A DNA stretch of 55,989 nt from positions 1 to 55,989 of the IMG/VR virus record IMGVR_UViG_3300020450_000029; one strand, given 5' to 3'. This document shows positions 18,581 to 27,505 of this stretch, piece by piece; position 1 is the first letter of the stretch, and the number at the start of each line of letters is the position of its first letter. A model generated the notes under the pieces. That model did no database searches. It saw only the letters and a list, made by a program, of their open reading frames with translations, and had not been told where the DNA came from. The DNA comes from a virus (taxonomy: Duplodnaviria; Caudoviricetes). The position numbers and the translations under genes were made by a program.

Positions 18581-18589
18581 ATATTACGT

Positions 18590-18669
18590 AGGCACAATTT
18601 AGGCAAAAAATCAGGCAAACATAAAATAGAAGCAAAGTAATAAGCTCACGAGTAGCAAAACAAAAAGCT
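18590..18669 (+). repeat. Periodic RGC(A/T) array in 5' leader
   Basis: Units at 18590, 18601, 18613, 18630, 18642, 18653, 18665 (mostly 11-12 nt apart). Confidence 0.55.
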
Positions 18670-18674
18670 GAACT

Positions 18675-18923
18675 ATGTCAACCACGGATTTAGAACGTAC
18701 AAATTTAGAAGCTCATGTAGATCTTTGTGCAGAAAGGTACAAGGGATTGGAAACACGTCTGGAAAATGTAGAAAAAGCAGTTAAAGACCTTCACGCTGAA
18801 ATGCGTAGAATGCATGACGAAAACGTAAAAAATCATCAATCAACCAACAAAATCATGTTGGGTGCCGCCGCCACTGTGGTCGCAGGGATCCTTTCAACAA
18901 TAGTCGTATTGTTGATGTCTTAA
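18675..18923 (+). CDS. Coiled-coil protein with C-terminal TM (holin/XhlA-like candidate)
   Basis: HVDLCAERY, heptads, C-terminal hydrophobic helix. Confidence 0.65.
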   Translation: MSTTDLERTNLEAHVDLCAERYKGLETRLENVEKAVKDLHAEMRRMHDENVKNHQSTNKIMLGAAATVVAGILSTIVVLLMS

Positions 18924-18941
18924 TTTCACATAAATACTTTT

Positions 18942-19238
18942 ATGAATCTAAATGAACTGGATATTACTAATGTGATTGAATCACAGTTAGTTTGGGCACG
19001 AAAAGGTCAAAATCTTACTCGTAAGTACCGCTGTACAGTTGGTCAAAGAGCAGGAAGACTTGTAAGCAAGCCCGGACAATGTGGTGCCCCAATTGATATT
19101 AAAAAACGTCTAACACTTAGAAAGACTAAAAATAAGATGGGCAAGCGTATGGCTCGTAAAGCACAGCGTACCAAAAAGTTTAATCCAGCTAGTAGAGCAT
19201 TAAAAAGATTGAACAAGCCTCTGAGGAGAAAAAGATGA
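18942..19238 (+). CDS. Basic late protein
   Basis: TAAATA-N5-ATG; K/R-rich. Confidence 0.8.
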   Translation: MNLNELDITNVIESQLVWARKGQNLTRKYRCTVGQRAGRLVSKPGQCGAPIDIKKRLTLRKTKNKMGKRMARKAQRTKKFNPASRALKRLNKPLRRKR

Positions 19239-19873
19239 AGATAATGGACATTCTTCCAACCAAGTATACAAAATATAAAACTTGGGAAAAAGACGGAGTG
19301 CTGATGTGCAGTAAAGAATGTTGTGGTGCACCTGTAAGTGAATGTACATGTGATAATACATGTAAACATTGTAATTGTTATGATCTCAAAGAATCAGCAT
19401 ACAGTAATAAACCACTACACACCCAAGGTGATGGACTTAAAAAGAAAAAAGTATCTGAAAAAGGTTGTGGGTGCGGTAGCAAAGATGTAGTAGAAGCAAT
19501 TCCTAAATCTACAATGTACGGACTAGTGATAGATGGCAAGTATGTTGCCAAAGGTTCAAAAGAATCCATGAGAAGAATGCAAAAAGAAAAAGGCGGCACA
19601 ATCTATAATGCCCCTGGAAAAAAAGTAGGTGATAGTGCAGGCACTGTCAAAGAAAGATATGGAATGAGACCAGGTGGTGCCTTAGGAAGAGATCAGCAAG
19701 ATGATTATGCAAATATGAACAAAAGATTTCAAAATCGTAGCCAAGATCAAAACAGAGAAATGCAAATTAAACAAGCAAGTCAAATGCGTAGGCAACAAAG
19801 ACTTGCACGTAAAATGGCTACAGGTATTCCTCAGAGAATACTGAATCCACAACCCGCAGGAAATCAACAATGA
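19235..19873 (+). CDS. Late protein with Cys-rich segment
   Basis: CSKECCGAPVSECTCDNTCKHCNC. Confidence 0.75.
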   Translation: MKIMDILPTKYTKYKTWEKDGVLMCSKECCGAPVSECTCDNTCKHCNCYDLKESAYSNKPLHTQGDGLKKKKVSEKGCGCGSKDVVEAIPKSTMYGLVIDGKYVAKGSKESMRRMQKEKGGTIYNAPGKKVGDSAGTVKERYGMRPGGALGRDQQDDYANMNKRFQNRSQDQNREMQIKQASQMRRQQRLARKMATGIPQRILNPQPAGNQQ

Positions 19874-20094
19874 AAACAGTAGTGACCAAAGGCGGTATAA
19901 TGACATGGTTAAATACCAGAGAAAATAAATTTATAGACGAACATTTCAAGGACAACACAATACTTGAACAAAAAGATCTATCAGAACGTGAGACTTATAT
20001 AGCAAGTAATCTTGTAACTAGAGGAATTTTGGATAAAGACATAAACCAAAAACAAGTGACGTATAAACTTAATATGAACAATATGGTGAGGTAG
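19870..20094 (+). CDS. Hypothetical protein
   Basis: ATGA overlap; 74 aa. Confidence 0.75.
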   Translation: MKTVVTKGGIMTWLNTRENKFIDEHFKDNTILEQKDLSERETYIASNLVTRGILDKDINQKQVTYKLNMNNMVR

Positions 20095-20096
20095 TC

Positions 20097-20576
20097 ATGG
20101 ACGAACAAACAAAAGCAATGCACAACATATTATCAAAACTACAAGGTGTAGATAAAACTACAAAACTTGTAGCAGAACGTGCAGAAAAAGATGTTGATTT
20201 AAATATTGCAATAAATCAAAAAATTACTGAAAACAGTGTAAGTGTACAGAATTATCGTATTGATATAGTACTACAAAGGTTTGCTGATAAACAAAAAAGA
20301 TTTTACAATATATGTGAAGATAAAAAAATCATACACAAAGACATTGCACTTTTTGAAACAGCAATGGGTATTGTAAAGAATCTTATGCTTAACAAGCATA
20401 AAAAAGTTGAGGATTTAATTTCAGCAGACCTTAATTATAATAATGCATTGTATGAAGTTTATATGTATAAAACAAAAGCCAAAAAGTCTATAAATGAAGA
20501 TGTGATGCTGGCAAAGATGAGTGCGGCACAGAATAGATTGCAAAATGCAAAACAACAAATATTGCAAAAACTATAA
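20097..20576 (+). CDS. Hypothetical protein
   Basis: GAGG SD; 159 aa. Confidence 0.8.
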   Translation: MDEQTKAMHNILSKLQGVDKTTKLVAERAEKDVDLNIAINQKITENSVSVQNYRIDIVLQRFADKQKRFYNICEDKKIIHKDIALFETAMGIVKNLMLNKHKKVEDLISADLNYNNALYEVYMYKTKAKKSINEDVMLAKMSAAQNRLQNAKQQILQKL

Positions 20577-20604
20577 ATACAATATAAGGAACGGGAATAG
20601 AAAC

Positions 20605-21687
20605 ATGTATCTAAATGATTTAAACTCAGCACAGCATAATATAAAGAAGTTGAATCGTGTTCTTGCTGATACTTTCAAACACGAAGTTGATTTATCAGAA
20701 ATGAGTACAGATTCGCTTAATAGAATGTTGTCAACAACAAATGCTAAAATGATAGCAATAAAAGAAAGTGATTTAAAGTATTGGGAAAATCCACAATACA
20801 ACAAATTAGGATTAATAGCACATCAAATTAAAACATATTTGAGTGAAATTGCACCTGCTAGAGCAGATGGCAAGCGTATGAAAACCAAAGAAAGCGTTTT
20901 AATGGAAGACGACTTAGAGCAAGCGGAAGTAATGCTAGCCGCTCAAGAGTTAGTGGACGAATTACAAGGTATGGTAGAAGATGTAGCTGAAATGCAAGTA
21001 CAAAAACTAATGCCAATTGTAGATGCTATGAAAGAGCAAGTTGGTTTTGAACAAGCAGAAGCATACAACAATGCCGCAGATGGTGCACTTGCACAGTTAC
21101 TTGATGCAATGAAAACTGCAAAAGGTGCAGTAGAAAATGCAACATTAACAGCAAGAGGAGAAGCTCCTCAAGAAGCTATGCCAACTGATATGGGTATGGA
21201 TGCACCTGCAGATGATATGGGCGATGAAGCACCAGCTGAACTAGCTGATATAGAAGGTGATGATGAATTTGGTGCTGACGATGCCGCGGCAGGTGAAGAC
21301 AATCCAGTAGGCAGAGAACTAAAAGGTGAAAGTGCTCTAGCAGATATGGAGGGCAAAGCACTATCCGAAAAAAAGTTTCTAGAGAGTAAAGACAGGCTCT
21401 TTAAAATGGTTGAGAGTGGCCAAATGTCTCAGACTGATTTTATAAATGTTATTAGTGAACTAGACATGAAAAGACGTAAGTTACCAGGCGCAGATCCTGC
21501 TGATCCAATGGTACCACCAGTGCCAATGGATGTTCCACAGCGAGGTAAGAGCAAACCAGCTAGAACTAAAGCACCTATTATGTTAACTCCTGGCACTGGT
21601 AATCCGGGGGCTCCAAGTGCTCCACAGAGTGATCCACAATTGCCAATACATAAGCGAGCTCGTAAGCCTAGAGGTGTAATGGCATAA
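20605..21687 (+). CDS. Acidic coiled-coil head protein (scaffold/core-like)
   Basis: TATAAATA upstream; E/A-rich helices, acidic low-complexity linker, Pro-rich tail. Confidence 0.6.
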   Translation: MYLNDLNSAQHNIKKLNRVLADTFKHEVDLSEMSTDSLNRMLSTTNAKMIAIKESDLKYWENPQYNKLGLIAHQIKTYLSEIAPARADGKRMKTKESVLMEDDLEQAEVMLAAQELVDELQGMVEDVAEMQVQKLMPIVDAMKEQVGFEQAEAYNNAADGALAQLLDAMKTAKGAVENATLTARGEAPQEAMPTDMGMDAPADDMGDEAPAELADIEGDDEFGADDAAAGEDNPVGRELKGESALADMEGKALSEKKFLESKDRLFKMVESGQMSQTDFINVISELDMKRRKLPGADPADPMVPPVPMDVPQRGKSKPARTKAPIMLTPGTGNPGAPSAPQSDPQLPIHKRARKPRGVMA

Positions 21688-22001
21688 TGCTTATAAACGA
21701 AGTTTTAATTGAGGATCAAAGCGATATTTTAAATGACCTAGAAGAATTAATCACTAGGGCAAAAGCCAATGGCAAAGTTAAAATACCAACAAACATGATA
21801 CTTACAAAACTTCGTGCTATGGGCCATAGTATTAGCATACAAAGTCTACTTGATATGTTACCAACAATTACTAGTGTAGGTACTAGCAATAAAAAAGATG
21901 TTACACTGGATACAGCATTACCCCGTTCTGATGCTGGTCCAGAAGACAAAACTGTAGCAAACATGGCTAAGAAACAAATACAAAAGGATGATAAACTGTG
22001 A
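21687..22001 (+). CDS. Late hypothetical protein
   Basis: MLINEVLIED N-terminus; coupled TAATG. Confidence 0.75.
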   Translation: MLINEVLIEDQSDILNDLEELITRAKANGKVKIPTNMILTKLRAMGHSISIQSLLDMLPTITSVGTSNKKDVTLDTALPRSDAGPEDKTVANMAKKQIQKDDKL

Positions 22002-22618
22002 CATACTTTATTAACAAGACATCAGCAAGAACAATTGCTAGAGCAGACCTAACAATTTTTAACGAAACTCAAGCATTAATGAAACAGGTTATCACGGATG
22101 CAGGCAATGGATTGTATGAAACTACAATAACAGATGGTACAACAATGACTGAATCAACACCCACAATTACTATTACAGGTAGTGCGGCGGCACCAACTAT
22201 TACAGGTACACCAACACTAATAATTGCTGGAGTTACAATTACATTAGGCACAAGTGGTCTAAACTTAAATGCAGTCATTTCGGATATCAATGATGCGGCT
22301 GTATCAGGACTAGTAGCCAGTAAGAACGCCGCCAATAATCTTGTACTTACATATACTGCACCAGCGGCAACTGCATGGACAGTTGTAATAGGAGCAGGCA
22401 CAGCAAATACAGCATTAGGACTTACTGCTCAAACATATACAGCAAGTAATCCAGATAGTGTTGCATATTATAATGTATGGTCAGGTACTGTAGCAGATAG
22501 AGCAAAGTCAGATCAAATGAATCAAGTAATAAACTATTTTGAAAACCTAGGATACACAATCGAAAGATTGAAAAATACAACTACCAATAAAAATTTTAAA
22601 TGGGTGATAACATATTAA
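21998..22618 (+). CDS. Probable virion structural protein
   Basis: Thr/Ala/Gly-rich, Ig-like insert. Confidence 0.7.
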   Translation: MTYFINKTSARTIARADLTIFNETQALMKQVITDAGNGLYETTITDGTTMTESTPTITITGSAAAPTITGTPTLIIAGVTITLGTSGLNLNAVISDINDAAVSGLVASKNAANNLVLTYTAPAATAWTVVIGAGTANTALGLTAQTYTASNPDSVAYYNVWSGTVADRAKSDQMNQVINYFENLGYTIERLKNTTTNKNFKWVITY

Positions 22619-22761
22619 ATTTGTACTATGGTGGAACTCACTTAGTGGGAACCAACAAGCTACAATTATTTGTATCATACTCTCAATAATTTTAGCTTAT
22701 TTTGACCCAAGATGGCAAAGTTGGCATTGACAACTAATCGTGCTGGTGCTATAGTAACACT

Positions 22762-23436
22762 ATGTTAAAAATTACTACACCCTATCCTTATAAAGAATTT
22801 AAAAGAAAGAGCATAAATGGTAAACGTCTCTATGAAAATCCCTATGGTGAACCTGTACCTAGTGTTACAACTATATTGGATAAGACCAAACCCAAAGAAA
22901 AAAGAGAAGCCCTCAATCGTTGGAAGAAACGGGTTGGCGAAGAAAATGCTCAAAGAATAGTTACCGAAGCCGCTAATGTTGGCACAATAATGCATAACAT
23001 ATTGGAGCATTGGGTAAAGAACGAAGAGTATGAAGGCGACAGTATCCTACAAGCAAAGATGATGGCTGATACTGTCAAGCAAAACATAGAAGCAGATATA
23101 GACGAAGTATGGGGTAGTGAGGTAAACTTGTGTTATCCACAATTGTATGCAGGCACAACTGATTTGGTTGGTGTATACAAAGGTGAACCGCACATTATGG
23201 ATTTTAAACAAACAAACAAACCTAAGAAACGTGAATGGATTGATGACTACTTTATGCAAGCCGCGGCATATGGTATGGCACACAACGAAGTATTTGAAAC
23301 AAAAATTAACAGAGCGGCAATTTTTATGTGTAGTAGAGAATGTCAATTTCAATTGTTCGAAGTTGGCCCAGAAGAATTCGAATCTTGGACAGAAAAATGG
23401 GCTAAACGTGTAGAAGAGTTTTATAACTTGTCATAA
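22762..23436 (+). CDS. PD-(D/E)XK exonuclease
   Basis: PSVTTIL, GTIMH, YAGTTD, IMDFKQ, YFMQAAAY; promoter TTGACA 22727-17-TATAGT-6-ATG. Confidence 0.9.
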   Translation: MLKITTPYPYKEFKRKSINGKRLYENPYGEPVPSVTTILDKTKPKEKREALNRWKKRVGEENAQRIVTEAANVGTIMHNILEHWVKNEEYEGDSILQAKMMADTVKQNIEADIDEVWGSEVNLCYPQLYAGTTDLVGVYKGEPHIMDFKQTNKPKKREWIDDYFMQAAAYGMAHNEVFETKINRAAIFMCSRECQFQLFEVGPEEFESWTEKWAKRVEEFYNLS

Positions 23437-23457
23437 ATACTGTATCAGGAGTAAACA

Positions 23458-24117
23458 ATGGCGACAACAAGAATAAGCAAAATAAGAATTAGACAGGGTA
23501 ACTTTTCTGATCTGCCTTTATTAGGTCCGGGTGAGATGGGTTATGCTAAAGATGTAAGACGTCTTTTTATTGGTAATGATAGTGTTAGTATCGGTACAGG
23601 TAATGGTGTATTGACACAGTTTACTATTCCTTTATCATTAAGCAAACCAAATATCACTGCAATCTTTGTCGCAGGTACACAACAAAATGCTTCTACATAT
23701 ACTCTAAGCGGAACAACAATTACATTTGGTAGTGCTCCAACAGGTGCTATTACTGCAAGATTCAATAGTGAAATTGAAATAGACAGTGACGTAACACTTC
23801 CTAGCAGTGTTGAACTCGCCGCCAATGGCAGTTCAGCTGATACTGGATTTCAAGTTGATACAACTTTGTATAATGCAGTAATCATGGACTATAGTTTAGA
23901 AAGCACAAGTGGAGTAAGAATGGGTCAACTAAGATTTGCAACTGATACAAGTGCAAGCACTAGTACAATTGATGACAACTTTACTGAAACTGCCGCAGTA
24001 GGAATAACCTTTGGCGTCGATATTGCAACAGCAAACACAATGAAGTTACAATATACTGATGCTGACAACAAAATCTGTAAATTTAAATATACGTATCAAC
24101 TTTGGAACAGCAATTAA
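23458..24117 (+). CDS. Tail-associated structural protein
   Basis: IRIRQG...LGPGEMGYAKDVRRLFIG N-terminal fibre-type motif; TAAATA upstream. Confidence 0.7.
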   Translation: MATTRISKIRIRQGNFSDLPLLGPGEMGYAKDVRRLFIGNDSVSIGTGNGVLTQFTIPLSLSKPNITAIFVAGTQQNASTYTLSGTTITFGSAPTGAITARFNSEIEIDSDVTLPSSVELAANGSSADTGFQVDTTLYNAVIMDYSLESTSGVRMGQLRFATDTSASTSTIDDNFTETAAVGITFGVDIATANTMKLQYTDADNKICKFKYTYQLWNSN

Positions 24118-24554
24118 TAAATGGTGCTTGGTACGAAGCACCAAGTATTCGGCTGAGCAAGTGGAGAAAATTTAGAAAAGGTTTGGACACTAACAATACT
24201 TTAGCGGTGTGTCAAACTGTAGTGGATTGGTGGAAGATGGCACCTTTAAGTAGCATGACCATAGATCCTGTAGATAATAAAACATGGCCCACACCTTGGG
24301 AAATGATACACAGTGGAGATTTTTGTGAAAATAGTTTAGCTTTAGGTATGAGCTATACTATTTTCTATGCAAATGAAAACATACCTAATGAATTAATCTT
24401 TATTACATGTAGGGAGAATAGTACACAAAAATTATGTTCATGGATTGACAATAAGTATCTGCTTAATTATGAACACGGAGGTATAAGTACACTACCAACC
24501 GAAAATATATCAATAAGTTTTCAGAAGAAGATTGCAGATGTAATAGTATCTTGA
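24102..24554 (+). CDS. Hypothetical protein
   Basis: WPTPWEM...FCENSLALG. Confidence 0.75.
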   Translation: MEQQLINGAWYEAPSIRLSKWRKFRKGLDTNNTLAVCQTVVDWWKMAPLSSMTIDPVDNKTWPTPWEMIHSGDFCENSLALGMSYTIFYANENIPNELIFITCRENSTQKLCSWIDNKYLLNYEHGGISTLPTENISISFQKKIADVIVS

Positions 24555-24674
24555 TAAATTTTTTTGTGGCTTCGCTTATTAAAAACACGAAGGTAAATAA
24601 TGAGCGAAAAACATACACCAGACATCCTCGTCTATAACTCGGAAAATTATGCAAAATAAAAACAAGGAGAGAGC

Positions 24675-26597
24675 ATGGCTAGATTAAACAATCACTTACC
24701 AACTTTATATCAAGAGTTTATCCACCTTAGTAGATATTCTAGATGGCTAGAAGACAAAGGCAGAAGAGAAACTTGGGGAGAAACAATTGATAGATACTTC
24801 AATTTTTTTGAAGAGCATCTAATGGAGATGCATGAATATAAATTAGATTCTAAATTGCGTAGAAGATTAGAAGAAGCAGTTTTAGAATGTAAAATTATGC
24901 CTTCAATGCGTTGTCTAATGACAGCAGGTGAAGCATTAAAAAGAGAAAATATAGCAGGATACAATTGTTCGTATGTTGCAGTCAACCGAGTACAAGCATT
25001 TGACGAAATACTATATGTATTAATGAATGGAACTGGTGTAGGCTTTAGTGTAGAAAGACAAGAAGTAGCACAACTTCCTGTAGTAGCTGAAGAATTTTTC
25101 CATAGTGATACATGCATACAAGTAGCAGATAGTAAACTAGGATGGGCAAAAGCACTTAAAGAACTAATAGCCATGCTTTATAGTGGACAAATACCAAGTT
25201 GGGATCTAAGCAAAGTAAGACCAGCAGGCGCACCGTTGAAAACATTTGGTGGTAGAGCATCTGGCCCAGATCCACTTGATAGCTTGTTTAAATTTGTTGT
25301 AGCAACATTTCAAAGTTCAAACGGAAGAAAACTTTCATCATTGGAATGCCACGATATTGTCTGTAAAATTGCAGAAATCGTAGTAGTTGGTGGTGTAAGA
25401 AGATCAGCTTTGATCTCACTATCAAATTTGTCTGACGACAGAATGAGACATGCAAAAGCTGGTCAGTGGTGGGAGCAAAACGCACAGCGAGCTCTAGCTA
25501 ACAATTCAGCCGCATATACAGAAAAACCAGACATTGGTATCTTTATGGACGAATGGAAAGCATTGTATGATTCAAAGTCTGGCGAAAGAGGTATCTTTAA
25601 CAGAGAATCTGCAACTGTACAAGCCAAGAGAAATGGACGCAGAGACACTGAAGGTCAATCTTTTGGAACTAATCCATGTAGTGAAATTATTTTGCGTGAT
25701 AGAGAATTCTGTAACCTATCAGAAGTTGTGATCCGTGAAAATGATACAGAAGACACACTACTGGAAAAAGTAGAACTAGCAACTATACTAGGCACACTAC
25801 AATCTACACTTGTAAACTTTAAATATCTAAGCAAGCATTGGAAAGCCAATTGTTCGGAAGAAAGATTGTTGGGTGTTAGTTTGACTGGTATTATGGATTC
25901 TCCATTGACCAGCAACAAAAACAAAAACTTAGAAAGTTTGCTTGTGAAGCTGAAAGAAAAAGCAGTAGCAACAAATGAAAAACTTGCTAAGAAGATTGGC
26001 ATTCCTGTAAGTGCCGCGATTACTTGTGTAAAGCCAAGTGGTACAGTATCTCAGCTTACAGATGCCGCAAGTGGTATTCATGCTAGACACAACGAGTACT
26101 ATATTAGAACTGTACGTGGTGACAAAAAAGATCCACTTACAATGTATATGCAGGAAGCTGGATTTCCAATTGAAGATGATGTAATGAATCCTAATCATAC
26201 CAGTGTGTTTAGTTTCCCAATGAAAGTTGATAAAAAAGCAACATTTAGAACTGACATGACTGCTATAGAGCAACTAGAACATTGGTTAGCATATCAAAAG
26301 CATTGGTGTGAACACAAACCATCTGTAACTATTTCTGTAAAAGAAAATGAATGGATGGAAGTTGGAGCATGGGTATATGCAAACTTTGATTGGATGTCAG
26401 GAGTAAGCTTCTTACCATTCAGTGAGCATACATACAAGCAAGCACCTTATCAGGATTGTACAGAAAACGAGTACAAAGATCTAAAAGCAAAAATGCCGAT
26501 TGAAGTAGATTGGAGTTTACTTGCAAAATATGAAACACAAGATATGACTGTTGGTTCACAAGAACTAGCATGTGTAGCAGGTGGATGCGAAATATGA
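24675..26597 (+). CDS. nrdJ: Class II (adenosylcobalamin-dependent) ribonucleotide reductase
   Basis: RRETW, NCSY, GGVRRSA, TNPCSEI, TCVKPSGTVS, C-terminal CxxxxC; no adjacent beta subunit. Confidence 0.92.
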   Translation: MARLNNHLPTLYQEFIHLSRYSRWLEDKGRRETWGETIDRYFNFFEEHLMEMHEYKLDSKLRRRLEEAVLECKIMPSMRCLMTAGEALKRENIAGYNCSYVAVNRVQAFDEILYVLMNGTGVGFSVERQEVAQLPVVAEEFFHSDTCIQVADSKLGWAKALKELIAMLYSGQIPSWDLSKVRPAGAPLKTFGGRASGPDPLDSLFKFVVATFQSSNGRKLSSLECHDIVCKIAEIVVVGGVRRSALISLSNLSDDRMRHAKAGQWWEQNAQRALANNSAAYTEKPDIGIFMDEWKALYDSKSGERGIFNRESATVQAKRNGRRDTEGQSFGTNPCSEIILRDREFCNLSEVVIRENDTEDTLLEKVELATILGTLQSTLVNFKYLSKHWKANCSEERLLGVSLTGIMDSPLTSNKNKNLESLLVKLKEKAVATNEKLAKKIGIPVSAAITCVKPSGTVSQLTDAASGIHARHNEYYIRTVRGDKKDPLTMYMQEAGFPIEDDVMNPNHTSVFSFPMKVDKKATFRTDMTAIEQLEHWLAYQKHWCEHKPSVTISVKENEWMEVGAWVYANFDWMSGVSFLPFSEHTYKQAPYQDCTENEYKDLKAKMPIEVDWSLLAKYETQDMTVGSQELACVAGGCEI

Positions 26598-26869
26598 TAA
26601 CAGTTTATAGTAAGCCATTGTGCGGTTATTGTGATATGGCTAAACAATGGCTTACTAAACATGAAATTGAATTTGAAGAAATTAGAGTGGATACTAATCA
26701 AGAAGCCAGACAATTTCTTTTAGATCAGGGTCATAAAATGATTCCTCAAATTTATTTCAATGGTAAATTACTAGTAGAGGGCGGCGGGCAAGCACTTGTC
26801 CGCATGGACCCTAACCAAATAAAAAAACTCGTAGGAGAAATTAAAGATGTTGATAACATCCAATTATAA
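26594..26869 (+). CDS. Glutaredoxin
   Basis: YSKPLCGYC, PQIY, EGG. Confidence 0.9.
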   Translation: MITVYSKPLCGYCDMAKQWLTKHEIEFEEIRVDTNQEARQFLLDQGHKMIPQIYFNGKLLVEGGGQALVRMDPNQIKKLVGEIKDVDNIQL

Positions 26870-27194
26870 AAAAGGCGATACTGTTTGCGTAAAAGTAAGC
26901 ACAGGTGAAGAAATAGTAGCAAGATTTGAATCTAGCGAACCAGCAAATATTAGCGGTGATATGGGAGATATACAAGTTGTAAAACCCTGTGTAATTACCC
27001 TTAATCCACAAAACGGACAAGCAATGCTTATCCCATGGCTAATGAGTATAGATACAGCTAGCAGTGACCCAATTACAATAAAAAAAGAACACGTGGTCAC
27101 AACAAATAAACCAAATAAAAGCCTATCAGATGCATATTTACAAAGCACTACAGGCATTGCACCAGCATCAGCAAACACCAATTTTAAACTATAA
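26847..27194 (+). CDS. Phage protein (Sm-like fold candidate)
   Basis: KVSTGEEIVA...KP...LIPW. Confidence 0.7.
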   Translation: MLITSNYKKGDTVCVKVSTGEEIVARFESSEPANISGDMGDIQVVKPCVITLNPQNGQAMLIPWLMSIDTASSDPITIKKEHVVTTNKPNKSLSDAYLQSTTGIAPASANTNFKL

Positions 27195-27202
27195 ATAGTT
27201 GT

Positions 27203-27505
27203 ATGACAGCTTTTGTACACAGACAAGGCGATAGCCGTAGTTGTGGTGCCAGTACAGTAACAAAAATAGCAAACGTTAGAGTTAACAATAGAGCTATAAG
27301 TACTGATGGCGATACTAATACTCATGGCGGAGGCGGACTTAAAGCAAGTGAAACAGTAGGCAGTGTAAGAGCAGGAGGCATTCCAATCATACTAAATGGT
27401 GACAGTGCAAATCCTGATGCACTATGTCCTATACCAGGAGGAGCTCATTGTGCCCCAAATGCAAGTAGTGCTAGTCCAAATGTACGTGCAGGATCAAATA
27501 GATGA
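27203..27505 (+). CDS. PAAR-domain spike tip protein
   Basis: HRQGDSRSCGA, VRVNNRAI, H/C residues; TAAATA-N5-ATG. Confidence 0.85.
   Translation: MTAFVHRQGDSRSCGASTVTKIANVRVNNRAISTDGDTNTHGGGGLKASETVGSVRAGGIPIILNGDSANPDALCPIPGGAHCAPNASSASPNVRAGSNR

Noticed and set aside
22621-22720. Weak hairpin (CTCAC/GTGGG) upstream of the exonuclease promoter
   Set aside because: Too short and imperfect to support an RNA element
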